Shown here: piece after piece, positions 12,820-25,571 of the stretch
Layout of the letters: every line of letters begins with the position of its first letter
How positions within the stretch are numbered: position 1 is the first letter of the stretch
From: Octopus vulgaris
Taxonomy: Eukaryota
NCBI GenBank assembly: GCA_951406725.2
Contig: OX597840.1
Span: 30,628,001 to 30,692,000, forward strand
Length of the DNA stretch: 64,000 nucleotides
Direction: 5' to 3'
Position numbers and translations under genes: made by a program
The notes under the pieces: generated by a model
Told to the model about the DNA's origin: nothing
The model's database searches: none
The model's input: the letters and a program-made list of their open reading frames with translations, nothing else

Positions 12820-13030
12820 ATGTGTATATGTATGTGTGTGTGTTTTGTTTGTCCCCCTAGCATTGCTTGACAACCGACGCTGGTGTGTTTACGTCCCCGT
12901 CACTTAGCAGTTCGGCAAAAGAGACCGATAGAATAAGTACTGGGCTTACAAAGAATAAGTCCCGGAGTCGATTTGCTCGACTAAAGACGGTGCTCCAGCA
13001 TGGCCACAGTCAAATGACTGAAACAAGTAC
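12441..13030 (+). mobile_element. tRNA-derived SINE family B (head + internal (TA)n/(TG)n + tail), with a family C copy nested at 12608-12780. Other copies at about 14020-14641 (-), 18945-19408 (-), 30402-31098 (-), 35732-36245 (+), 52020-52580 (-), 56015-56420 (-) and 58505-58899 (-)
   Basis: Box A-like tggctgtgtggt, box B-like gggttcagtccc, then tcttgggcaagtgtcttc (resembles the CORE/MIR motif). Tail ...gtgctccagcatggccacagtcaaatgactgaaacaagt. Confidence 0.88.
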
Positions 13031-13423
13031 AAAACTATTAAAACCTCACTCCCATTTTGAAACAGAATGTCATATCTCTAAACTGGCTCCCTTAGTAACT
13101 TTAATAAAAGTAATTTAAACAACTTCAGCAGTATCTCTTTGGCAGAGACACAGGCTGCATATTTTATTTACCGTTTATTATCTGAACTTGGCAGCACCGT
13201 CTTTATTACCTACTTCCGTTAAAGCTCTTTTCAGCCAACTAATTTGGTTAGGTTTACAAATTCTAGTTTAACAAGTCATTCGGAAAACCATTTTGATCAT
13301 TGATAACTTTTAAGGAAGACACCAGAGTGCTTTTATACTAGCAAAGTGGTCATAACTCCACTTAGATTATTGGTCCTTAAGAATAATTATGCATAAATAT
13401 ATATATATACATATATATATGTG

Positions 13424-13470
<47 letters not shown>

Positions 13471-13474
13471 ATAC

Positions 13475-13550
<76 letters not shown>

Positions 13551-13960
13551 CATATAAAAAAAGAAAGTATCAGGGGAAAATATATACATATATACATAAA
13601 GAAAGAGAAGAAGTATAAGATGAATAAGACGACAACGACAATGATGAAAAGAAGAAGAAGATTGTAGTGATGGTGAGGATGTTGATGAAAACTATGATAA
13701 CAAAGACGATATATATATATATATGTCATCATCATCATTTAGCGTCCGCTTTCCAGGCTAGCATGGGTTGGACGGTTCAACTGGGGTCTGGGAGGCCAGA
13801 AAGCTGCACCAGGCTCCTGTCTGATCTGGCAGTGTTTCTACAGCTGGATGCCCTTCCTAACGCCAACCACACCGTGAGTGTAGTGGGTGCTTTTTATGCG
13901 CCACCGGCACAGGTGCCAGATGAGGCTGGCAAACGGCCACGATCGGATGATGCTTTTTAC

Positions 13961-14015
<55 letters not shown>

Positions 14016-14944
14016 TGTTTCACTTATTAGACTGTGGTCATGCTGGGACAGCACCTTGTCGAATTTTTTGTCAAATGCATCACCCGTATTTCTTTTAAAA
14101 AAAGCATGGTACTTATTTCATCTTTCTTTTTTGCCGAACCACCAAGTTATGGGAGTGTAAACACACCAGCACTGGTTGTCAAGCAGTGATGGGAGAACCA
14201 ACAAGGACACATAGACACACACACACATAGATATATATATTTCTTTACTACCCATAAGGGGCTAAATATAGAGGGGACAAACAAGGACAGACAAATGGAT
14301 TAAGTCGATTACATCAACCCCAGTATGAAACTGGTACTTTATTTATCGACACCGAGATGAAAGGCAAAGTTGACCTCGGTAGAATTTGAACTCAGAACGT
14401 AACGACAGACGAAATACCATTAAGCATTTCACCCGGCGCACTAACGTGTCTGCCAGCTCACCACCTTCACATACATAGACATATGAATACAGGTATACAA
14501 CAGGCTTCTTTCAGTTTCTGTCTACCAAATCCACTCACAAGGCCTGAAGCTATAGTAGAAGACACTTGCCGAAGGTGCCGCGCTATGGAACTGAACCTGG
14601 AACCATGTGGTTGGGAAGCAAACTTCTTACCACACAGCCACGTCAGCACTTGTACTGACATCTATAAGTAAGCGCTAATGTAGGCACAACCCAGTTGAAG
14701 ATCTTTGGAGGACCTTTGGAAGCATGGCAGTGGTAAAGCGTCAGAACGTAACAAAGGAGGATAAAAGCATATAAGTTTTGTATTACCATTCTGCATTGAA
14801 ACTCTAAACCATTCTTTCTCTTGTTGCAATATAATTCTTGGCAGTTCCGATACCTTTTAACACTTCCTATCAGCTTAGCCATCTCCGCTGATGTTGAAAC
14901 AAATTGAAATTGAATTTGTCTGAATGCTAAATGGGTTTCGTTTT

Positions 14945-15041
14945 GATCATTATCATCGGATATGTCGTCGTCGTCATCATCATCATCATCGTCATCACCA
15001 TCACCATGATGATCATCATCATCATCACCACCAGCACCATC

Positions 15042-15073
<32 letters not shown>

Positions 15074-15152
15074 CATCATCATCACCATCATCACCATCAT
15101 TGTCATCATCATCATCATCATCACCATCATCATCATCACCAACATCACCAAC

Positions 15153-15183
<31 letters not shown>

Positions 15184-15281
15184 CCAACATCACCAACATC
15201 ATCATCATCACCATCATCACCATCATCATCGTCACCATCATCATCGTCGTCACCATCATCATCATCATCACCAACATCATC

Positions 15282-15313
<32 letters not shown>

Positions 15314-16182
15314 CATCACCATCATCACCACCATCATCATCAACATCATCATCATCAGTCATCTTTGTCAACATCAGTATTGTCAACATCATCATCATCA
15401 TTGCTGTCCATCACTACCATCATTGCTGTCCATCACTACCAACATCTTCATCATCTTTGTTATCATCATCAATCATCACCGCTGTCATTGCTTTTGTCAT
15501 CTCCATCATCATCACCATCATCATCATCATTACTGCCATCGTTCTTACCATAACAGTCATCATTATCAGTATCGATGATGTCGTCATCACCTTGATCAGC
15601 ATCATGAGCAATAATATTGTCATCATTTTACTATCATAGTTTTCATTAGCATCATCACCATCACGACAATCAACATCTTCTTCTTCTTCTCCTCCTCCTC
15701 CCCTCCCCTCATCCTCATCCTCCCACTCCTCCTCATTCTCTTCCTCCTTCTCCTTTATCTTCTTTTCCTCCTTCTTCTCCTCCTCCTCTTTCTCTTCCTC
15801 CTTCTCCTCCTCCTCCTCTTTCTCTTCCTCCTTCTGCCTCCTCCTCCTCCTCCTTCTTCTTCTTCTTCTTCTTCTCCTCCACCTCCTTCTCCTCCTCCTT
15901 CTCCTTTTTATCCTCCTCCCCTCTTCTTCACATTCTTCTCCTCCTCCTCCTCCCCCTCCTCCCCCTCCTCATTCTCTTCCTCCTCCTTTATCTTCTCTTC
16001 CTCCTCCTTTATCTTCTCTTCCTCTTTCTTCTTCTTCTCCTTCTCCCCCTCCTCTTTCTCTTCCTCTTTCTTCTTCTTCTCCTCCTTCTGTCTCCTCCTC
16101 CCCTCCTCCTCCTCCTCCTCCTCCTTCTTCTTCTTCTTCTTCTTCTTCTTCTTCTTCTTCTTCTTCTTCTTCTTCTTCTTCC
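14945..16182. repeat. (CAT)n array followed by a (CTT/CCT)n polypyrimidine array
   Basis: Read directly; source of the poly-H, poly-D and poly-E pseudo-ORFs. Confidence 0.95.
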
Positions 16183-17062
16183 TCCACTGCACAATGTATC
16201 ATGTTGCTGTAAATTCCAGTCATTCGTCTCCATGACATCAGGGAAGAAAGTATCTGCATGAGTATTTAACCAACATGCTAGAAATACCAGTCAAAATTCC
16301 CATTTTCCTTTTTCTTTCATATTGATGTAACCAAGATGTTGCACCAACCAATATATTCAGAATATCTGATATTGAAGGGAAGAACCCTACCACTGTTAAC
16401 TGTACCCCAAAGGACCTGTTTTCGTTTTTAAAATTCTTGTTATAGCTTAGTCAGGAGGGAAGGGCAGTAACCCTAGCCCCTTGCCCTTTACAGGGTTTCC
16501 AAGACTGGTGGAAGAGAAGGGGGATGGTAGGAAGAATATACCTACTTATGACTGTCAGGATCTCTAGGACTTGGTTTCCATGGCATGTAAGTAACCTAGA
16601 TTACAACACTCCCCACTGGGATGGGATGCCAATCTACAGTAAGGGTTAACTTCTCCAGCTATTGCTGGGATTCATTTACAGCTGAGTGGACTGCAGCAAT
16701 GTGAAATGAAGTGTTTAGCTCAAGAATACAATGGACTGGCCTAGTCCAGGAACTGAAAACCACAGGGACCAAGAACTCATAAGGCCCGAGACTAAACTGG
16801 TTTCTATGGCATGTAAATGTATTTCTTTACTGCCCACAAGGGGCTAAAGGGGATGTAAATGACCAGCATCACAACAGTGTTTCCCCAACAGAAGGGGACA
16901 CCAGTCTGTTGAAGGGTTAACGGCTGAGAGGAGTAGAGCAGCATGATATGAAGTGAATACAATGGACTGACTGGTCCACAAATTGAAACCTTGATCTTGT
17001 AATCATGAATGCAGCTCCCTAACCACTAGGCCACATAGCCTTACTGAGAGAGGAAGGTATTC

Positions 17063-17478
17063 AAGGTGGCGAGCTAGCAGAATCGTTAGCACACCGGACG
17101 AAATGCTTAGCGGTATTTCGTCTGTCGCTACGTTCTGAGTTCAAGTTCCACCGAGATCGACTTTGCCTTTCATCCTTTCGGGGTTGATAAAATAAGTACC
17201 AGTTACACACTGGAGTCGATATAATCGATTTAATCCGTTTGTCTGTCCTTGTTTGTCCCATCTGTGTTTAGCCCCTTGTGGGTAGTAAAGAAATAGGTAT
17301 TTCGTCTGTCACTACGTTCTGAGTTCAAGTTCCGCCGAGGTCGACTTTGCCTTTCATCCTTTCGGGGTCGATAAATTAAGTACCAGTTATGCACTGGGGT
17401 CAATTTAATCGACTTAATCCGTTTCTCTGTCCTTGTTTGTCTCCTCTGTGTTTAGCTCCTTGTGGGTAGTAAAGAAAT
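17063..17478 (+). mobile_element. SINE family A dimer (head + 2 bodies)
   Basis: Junction gaaataggtatttcgtctg at about 17290. Flanking direct repeat aggtattc at 17055-17062 and 17479-17486. Confidence 0.9.
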
Positions 17479-17778
17479 AGGTATTCTCATGCCAAAGACC
17501 TAGCCTGAATGCTTGCAACACAGTGGTCCCCACTGTAGTCATCCCAGGTGCCTGAAGGTAGTGCTGTTAAACTTGGTGACGGATGAGGTCAGCTACCCAG
17601 GGAGCTCGCATGGGATTTAAATTCGGATTTAAAACACCGACAACTGGAGCAGATACTGAGATGCATCCGCAACCAATACTCAATCTTGTCATTCTACCAT
17701 TCTGGATGGGTTCTTCAAATTATGGCCTAAAAAAGCAAACACTGGTCACTAGACTGGGGCAAGATATTTGGGAAAATT

Positions 17779-18896
17779 AGGCGGCGAGCTGGCAGAAGCA
17801 TTAGCACGCCGGGCAAAATGCTTTGTGGTATTTCGTCCGGCACTGCGTTCTGAGTTCAAATTTCGCCACGGTCGACTTTGCCTTTGATCCTTTCGGGGTC
17901 GATAAATTAAATACCTATTTCTTTACCACCCACAAGGGGCCAAACACAGACAGGACAAACAAACGGATTAAGTTGATTACATTAACCCCAGTGTGTAACT
18001 GGTACTTATTTAATTGACTCTGAAAGGATGAAAGGCAAAGTCAACCTCGGTGGAATTTGAACTCAGAACATAACGGCAGATGAAATACTTATTTCTTTAC
18101 TACCCACAAGGGGCTAAACACAGACGGGACAAACAAGGACAGACAAATGGATTAAGTCGATTACATCAACCCCAGTGTGTAACTGATACTTATTTAATCG
18201 ACCCTGAAAGGATGAAAGACAAAGTCGACCTCGGCGGAATTTGAACTCAGAATGTAACGGCAGATGAAATACTGCTAAGCATTTTGCCCGGCGTGCTAAC
18301 AATTCTGCCAGCTCGCTGCCTTATTAAAATTAAATACCAGTGACGCAGTGGGGTCGATAAATTAAATACCTACTTCTTTATTACCCACAAGGAGCTAAAC
18401 ACAGACGGGACGAACAAGGACAGACAAACGGATTAAGTCGATTACATTGACCCCACTGTGTAACTGGTACTTTATTTATCGACCCTGAAAGTATGAAAGG
18501 AAAAGTCGACCTCGGCTGAATTTGAACTCAGAATATAGCGGCAGATGAAATACCTATTTCTTTACTATCCACAAGGGGCTAAACACAGACAGGACAAACA
18601 AGGACAGACAAATGGATTAAGTCAATTTCATCGACCCCAGTGTGTAACTGGTACTTATTTAATCGACCCCGAAATGATGAAAGGCAAAGTCAACCTCGGC
18701 GGAATTGGAACTCAGAACATAACGGCAGATGAAATACTGCTAAGCATTTCGCCCAGCATGCTAACAATTCTGCCAACCCACTGCCTTATTAAATTAAATA
18801 CCAGGGACGCACTGGGGTCGATGTAATTGACTTAATCCGTTTGTCTGTACTTATTTGTCCCCTCTATGTTTAGCCCCTTGTGGGCAATAAAGAAAT
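17779..18896. mobile_element. Nested SINE A complex: a + strand copy interrupted by two - strand dimers
   Basis: Outer TSD aagatatttgggaaa (17761-17775 and 18897-18911). The inner dimers (about 17914-18322 and 18370-18787) are each bounded by aaattaaatac. Confidence 0.85.
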
Positions 18897-19221
18897 AAGA
18901 TATTTGGGAAATATGTGAAACAGGGATGTAAAATTAGAAAAAGGTTTTTGCCAAACCGCTAAGTGACGGGGACATAAACACACCAGCATCGGTTGTCAAG
19001 CAATGCTAGGGGGACAAACACAGACACACAAACACACATATATATATATATATACATATATACGACGGGCTTCTTTCAGTTTCCGTCTACTAAATCCACT
19101 CACAAGGCTTTGGTCGGCCCGAGGCTATAGTAGAAGACACTTGCCCAAGGAGACACGCAGTGGGACTGAACCCGGAACCATGTGGTTGGTAAGCAAGCTA
19201 CTTACCACACAGCCACTCCTG

Positions 19222-19253
<32 letters not shown>

Positions 19254-19951
19254 GATGGGCTTCTTTCAGTTTCCGTCTACCAAATCCACTCACAAGGCTT
19301 TGGTCGGCCCGAGGCTATAGTAGAAGACACTTGCCCAAGGTGCCACGCAGTGGGACTGAACCCGGAACCATGTGGTTGGTAAACAAGCTACTTACCACAC
19401 AGCCACTCCACAGTTATAGAATATTTTGCCATAAACAGTTCCGCTGTAGGAAAATTCACCAAAAGAAATTCCGTATTAAATTACTTCATCATGATATTTT
19501 TTAATGTTTGTCATTGAAGAAAGACTTACCAATTTAATGCTGTAATAAAACATTTTATCATTCTTTTATTTCTGTGTTTTCAAAAATACTGGTATAATGC
19601 TGTTGGCATGGCTGTGGCTGTGTGGTAAGAATCTTGCTTCCCAACCACATGGTTCCAGGTTCAGTACCACTGTGTGGCACCTTAGGCAAGTGTCTTCTGC
19701 TATAATCTTGGGCCAATCAAAGCCTTGTGGGTATCTTTGGTAGATGGAAACTGAAAGAAGCCCATCTTATACATAGATATTCTTTGTCTGGAAAGCAAAC
19801 TTCTTACCACTCAGCCATATCTGCACCTATGCCTATATGTATATATATATATATATAAAACTCAACTTGTGTGTCTGTGTGTGTGTCTGTGTGTTTAACT
19901 TTTGGTTCTACCAAGTTTCATTATTAAGGATGGAAAGTAGTGTGTAGCAAA

Positions 19952-20351
19952 TCTATATATATAAAGCTGAAGTTGTCTGTGTGTCTGTGGCAGGTTTGGT
20001 AGCCTTCAACTAACACTATCTCCTCCAAGACCCTGCGATGCAAGTTGACCAAAATTGAGAGTATGATAGAAGAAGGCTTGCTCTTCCTTCCGTAGAAGAT
20101 AAAATTCAAATCAAACCATGTTAACACCAAAAATTATTTACATCAAAAAGGTGCTTTTTTTCTATGAAAATCCCTATTTTTTACGATTTTTTGACTGCTG
20201 TATCACCATTTTTTGGTGTATTTCAACCAGAAAAATGTTCAGTTAAAGAGAAGAACAAGCTACATAATGCAACATTTTCACTTTTCAGACATTTCAATTC
20301 TAAAGGGTCGAAAAAAAAACAAACCCGGGCAACGCCGGGTTATACTGCTAG
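19952..20351 (+). mobile_element. Non-autonomous Helitron (400 nt)
   Basis: 5' A|TCTATATATATAAAG, subterminal hairpin aacccggg-caacg-ccgggtt, 3' CTAG|T. Inserted between A and T with no TSD. Confidence 0.88.
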
Positions 20352-20548
20352 TTAGTAGATAAGTGTATTTATGTACTTCAAAAGTTTCTTTTTCCCTTTT
20401 TAGACTCCTTAGAAAACCCATGTTTGAAACTTTTGGGTTCTCATCTTCCCACATTTTATACAAACTTGGTAAAAATTTGGAAACATTTTCTAAATAACTT
20501 TATTGGCTAAACATTGAATTATCTGAAAATTTCTTTATTTCTTTTCAG

Positions 20549-20694
20549 CCACCAAACCCTGAAAAGCAAAACAGCAAAATATCCTCCTACGTGGTTGAGA
20601 TCTCAAAACCTGGAGGAACGAAAGATATTTACATTGTCCATGATGAGAAAGGATTGTCGAAACATCCAAAGTCAGTTTTCCATAAAACGATTGG
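20549..20694 (+). CDS. Internal coding exon (146 nt, phase 0 to phase 2), middle part of a fibronectin type III domain
   Basis: Acceptor ttctttatttcttttcAG (AG at 20547-20548) and donor GG|GTGAGT at 20695. The open frame reads PPNPEKQNSKISSYVVEISKPGGTKDIYIVHDEKGLSKHPKSVFHKTI+GG, matching the FN3 pattern PP...NgxIxxYxV. It joins in frame to the exon at 41835. The supplied ORF track shows a different frame here. Confidence 0.9.
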
Positions 20695-20760
20695 GTGAGT
20701 GAACCGAATTCTTTGTATTTTTCCCTTGTCTTTCCCTTCATCTTTGAGTGTAGCTGTATA

Positions 20761-21537
20761 TATTTCTTTATTGCCCACAAGGGGCTAAACATAGAGGGGA
20801 CAAACAAGGGCAGACAAAGGGATTAAGTCGATTACATCGACCCCAGTGCGTAACTGGTACTTATTTAATCAACCTTGAAAGGCTGAAAGGCAAAGTCGAC
20901 CTCGGCAGAATTTGAACTCAGAACGTAAAGCAAGAGGAAATACCTATTTCTTTATTACCCACAAGGAGCTAAACACAGAGAGGACAAACAAGGACAGACA
21001 AAGGGATTAAGACGATGACATCGACCCCAGTGCGAAACTGGTATTTATTTCATCGACCCGAAAGGATGAAAGGCAAAGTCGACCTCAGTGGAATTTGAAC
21101 TCAGAACGTAACGGCAGACGAAATACCTATTTCTTTACTACCCACAAGGGGCTAAACACAGAGAGGACAAACAAGAACAGACAAAGGGATTAAGTCGATT
21201 ATATCGACCCAGTGCGTAACTGGTACTTAATTTATCGACCCCGAAAGGATGAAAGGCAAATTCGACCTCAGTGAAATTTGAACTCAGAACGTGACGGCAG
21301 ACGAAATACCTATTTCTTTACTACCCACAAGGGGCTAAACACAGAGGGGACAAATAAGGACAGACAAATGGATTAAGTCGATTATAGTGACCCCAGTGCA
21401 TAACTGATACTTTATTTATCGACCCCGAAAGGATGAAAGGCAAAGTTGACCTCCGCGGAATTTGAACTCATAACAACAGATGAAATACCGCTAAGCATTT
21501 CATCTGGTGTGCTAACGTTTCTGCTAGCTTGCTGCCT
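20761..21537 (-). mobile_element. SINE family A tetramer (1 head + 4 bodies)
   Basis: Junction gaaatacctatttc at about 20937, 21120 and 21303. Flanking near-direct repeat tg(t/c)agctgtata. Confidence 0.9.
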
Positions 21538-21861
21538 TTACTGCAGCTGTATAGGGGGTACCCTCTTAAGGGTTCAATCAAACGAATCGATCCCTATGCC
21601 CTTATTCTAGACTTGTTTCAGTTATTAGACTGTGGCCATGCTGGAGCACTACTCTGAAAAAAAATTTTTAGTTGAATAAATTGACCCCAGCACTTATTTA
21701 TATGCTAAGTCTGGTTACATATTCTATCGGTCCCTTTTGCTGAACTGCTAAGTTGCAGAGATGTAAACTCACCAGCACTAGTTGTTGAGCAGTGAAGGAG
21801 GACAAACAGACACACACACACACACACACACACACGTGCATACACACACACACACACACGT

Positions 21862-21933
<72 letters not shown>

Positions 21934-22052
21934 GTATGCCATTGTTCAGTTTTATTACTATGTTTCTTGCCAATAGAGAAATGGCCGATTTCTAACCTAG
22001 ATTCAAGACTCCTTCATTGTAATTTCAACCTCAACAACACGGTATTTCTGCT

Positions 22053-22152
22053 TGTATGTATGTATGTATGTACGTATGTATGTATGTATGTATGTATGTA
22101 TGTATGTATGTGTGTATGTATGTATGTATGTATGTGTGTATGTATGTATGTA

Positions 22153-22183
<31 letters not shown>

Positions 22184-22875
22184 ACGTAAGTATGTATGTA
22201 CGTATGTGTGTATGTATGTATGTATGTATGTATGTATGTATGTATGTATGTATGTATGTATGTATGTATGTATGTATGTGTGTATGTATGTATGTATGTA
22301 TGTGTGTGTATGTGTGTATGTATGTATGTATGTATGTATGTATGTATGTGTGTATGTGTGTATGTATGTATGTGTGTATGTATGTATGTATGTGTGTATG
22401 TATGTATGTGTGTATGTATGTATGTATGTATGTATGTATGTATGTATGTATGTATGTATGTATGTTTGTATGTATGTATGTATGTATGTATGTATGTATG
22501 TACGTAAGTATGTATGTATGTATGTATGTATGTGTGTATGTATGTATGTATGTATGTATGTATGTATGTATGTGTGTATGTATGTATGTACGTATGTATG
22601 TGTGTATGTATGTATGTATGTATGTATGTATGTATGTGTGTATGTATGTATGTATGTATGTATGTATGTATGTATGTATGTATGTGTGTATGTATGTATG
22701 TATGTATGTATGTATGTATGTATGTATGTATGTATGTATGTATGTATGTATGAATGTGCGTATGTAGGTATGTATGTGTGTGTGTGTATGTATGTATGTA
22801 TGCATGTATGTATGTATGCATGCATGCATGTATGCATGCATGCATGTATGTACGTATGTATGTATGTATGTATGT
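22053..22875. repeat. ~820-nt (TATG)n microsatellite
   Basis: Read directly; source of the MYVC/HTYI pseudo-ORFs. Confidence 0.97.
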
Positions 22876-22879
22876 GCAG

Positions 22880-25205
22880 ATTTGTATGTTTTGCTTTATG
22901 TATGTATTTTCATGCATATAGCTACATATCTAGACATGCTCATACATATTTAAATGATAATTTAATGGGAAATTTTATGGATTTTTACAGTTCCAGTGAT
23001 GGGTTGGAACTGTAGTTTTCAAATTAGGTTTCTCCTTTCTGGTTTTGAGAAGCCTAATTTCTCAAGTTTGGTATTTAGGCAGTGTGTTACAAATTCGAGG
23101 GCCCTAATAATTACAGGTATAAAGCTGAACTTGTAACCTAGATAGAGTAAATGCAGATTTTTCAATAGTTCAGTGTAGGCGTTCTCTTTTCCACTGATCT
23201 TCAGCTTTATGTTAACATCCGCTGGGCAACTAATTTCCACAACTGTGCACAGTTTCTCTTCTCTATCCCAAATCATTACATCAGGTCTGTTGTGCTTGAA
23301 TTTTATTTAGGTCTTCTCTGGGACATTCCACCAGTACTGCTTTTTATTATGAGTGGCTATGGCTTCTATCATACTGTGAGTTCTTATCTCTTTGTCTTCA
23401 GATTTATCTTTCTGACGAACTTCATGACAGAGTGTCCTAGCTACAACGTCATGTCTCATCGGTAGATAATACAGTGATGACATTTTTAGACAACTGCTTA
23501 TGACGTGGATGGTATCTCTGGTGTTAACAACACAAAGTCTGCATCGGTCATAACATTTTACTGCTTTTCCTGCATCTCTGTCCCTTTTGTGGATCAGGTA
23601 CATGGTTGATATTTCCTGTTCCTTGATTGCAAATGCATGCCCTTCAAAGTGGGAGATAGTAATCCGGCTATTGGTCCATGATAAACTGCTTTGATGATTG
23701 ATGTTATTATCATCTCAGAGCTTTCTACTAATATATCCATGCATAATCTCCTGCTTATATATGCTCATCCTTTCATCTGATGATGCATTGCAGTAGAGTC
23801 ATGCAACTTCTTTGGTAATGTATTCTAGGTTATCAGACAAAGAGTGTTGCTCAAAGAGCTGCCTTTCAAGTCTTATGATGTTATCAGCCTCATGTATGCA
23901 AACTTGGTCAAGAGATGCACTTTGACACTTGGTAGTTAAAAGATGTTGCTGAAGGGATATGATGCGACATTCAAAGGCATTTTGGATCGATGTTAAGCCT
24001 CTGCCGCCTTGTTTTCGTTTTAGGTAGAGGCGGTCTACATCACTGTTTATATGGAAATTATGTGTGCTTGTTAGTATTTTACAGGCTTTCACATCAATGG
24101 CTTGGATCTCATCAAGCGTTCAATCAATCAGCCCAAATGTTGGTATAAGTACTGGCACTGCAAGCACATCGTGGCCACTGTTTTATTGAATGCAGAGAGT
24201 TCTGATGTCCAAATTTTCTTTATTCGGCTGTAAAACTCTTTAGTGACACGTATTTTGTTACAGGTGCCATTGTAAGATATATTTTCATCCATCCCTAGAT
24301 ACCTATAACATTCCTCGTCAGATACAGGGTAAACAGTCAAATCATTGATGGAGATGTTGCTAACCTGGTTTATTGTTTTCCCCCTTTTCCCTACCATATA
24401 ACAATATTTATCTTGACCAGACTCTAACCCTTTGAGAAAGTTGTAACAAGGATGAAAGGTCTGTAACACTTGAGGGGTGCAGGTCTCATCCCTTACATTA
24501 AATTATTTGTCGAAGGAAAAGCCAAGACTTTGAATATCTTCAACAACATAAATATTTTTATTTTTCTGGATTCGCAAATATATATATATATTTCCTTCAT
24601 GGTGAACCGGTAGCCATGGAGTTAGTCACTGTAGTTAAATGGTGTGAACCAAATGCTGTCTCATTCCAGCATGGTGTAGCTTCACCATGTGGTGGCTGCT
24701 TGGTAGAGCTGTGAGGATGTGTCCATTCAATTTGGCTGTCAGCTTCGAGAGAGACCAAAACAGCGGGAAGTTTTGCTGCTGCTAGTTCTCTGCACATGCA
24801 CATGAGGGAACTTCCGGCAGGCCTCCCGGAAGAATCCAACTCTGTACATGCGCACTGAAGACTTCCAAAATGGCGTCACTACAGCTCTTTTGCCATCTCA
24901 TCCATATTTTTTACATAAAGTTTCAAGTCATCCACAAAGAAACACTGAGTAATTTTGGTATTTCTGTTTCCTTGTGAACCAATAAGATATCCTTCAGACT
25001 TCCTTAACATGAATGTCAAGGGGTTTACAGAAAGTATAAACAACATCACAGAGAGGCTGTCTCCTTGGAATATGCCTTTGCAATACTGTATTCTATCAGT
25101 GATATTACAGTCACTCTTTATGTTTAATTTCAAGATGGTGGCCCACGATGAAGTCAGGTCAGCTTTGGGTTTGATTATGCTTACTGGAACTTTAGCAAGT
25201 TGAAA
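22880..25205 (-). mobile_element. Decayed, 5'-truncated non-LTR retrotransposon with RT, CCHC and restriction-like endonuclease motifs (R4/Dong-like)
   Basis: Motifs occur in the expected order on the - strand: GIFQGDSLS..LFILSVNPL, FFVDDLKLY, YRYLG, VDRLYLKRKQGGRGL, CRLC..HVISSC..RHD, HNRPDVMIWD..VVEISCP, IPVII. Multiple stops and frameshifts. Confidence 0.9.
24462..24883 (-). mobile_element. Probable solo LTR (422 nt) inserted in the RT region of the R4-like element
   Basis: Termini TGTA...TACA. Flanks ggtc and gctc form an imperfect 4-nt TSD. AATAAA lies on the - strand near 24560. The RT reading (EMAKEL ... LVTTFSK) resumes on the other side. Confidence 0.6.
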
Positions 25206-25210
25206 GCACA

Positions 25211-25571
25211 ACTGGAACAACATGAAATAAAGTGTCTTGTTCAAGAACACAACACAGAATTTGGTCTGGGAATTGAACTCACTATCTCATGATTGTCAGC
25301 TTCAAGCTCTAACCATTGAACCATGTGCCTTCACTGGAGCGGTGTGAAATAAAGCGCCTTAAGCACAACATGCAGCCCAGTGTGGGAATTGAAACTCAGT
25401 ACCATGATTGGGAGCCTGGCACTCTAACCACTGAGCCATGCACCTTCACTGGAGCAATGTCAAATAAAGTGCCTTGCTCAAGAGCGCAACACATAGCCCT
25501 GTCCAGGAATCAAACTCACTACCTCATGATTGTGAGACCAACTCTCTAACCACTGAGCTACACAACTTCAC
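25211..25571 (-). mobile_element. Three tandem ~120-nt heads of an old tRNA-SINE (family D)
   Basis: The unit actggagca..tgaaataaagtg.cttgctcaag..cacaac...ggaat.gaa...ctctaaccactgagccatg..ccttc occurs three times and resembles 37385-37509. Confidence 0.7.

Noticed and set aside
16334-16420. Frame DVAPTNIFRISDIEGKNPTTVNCT as the missing first exon of the FN3 domain
   Set aside because: It lacks the conserved Trp, a phase-0 GT donor and a good acceptor.
21967-23015. Long MYVC/HTYI ORFs, and similar poly-D/H/I/V/G ORFs at 2.1, 15, 29-30, 41.3, 51.5 and 59.6-61 kb
   Set aside because: Translations of microsatellites.
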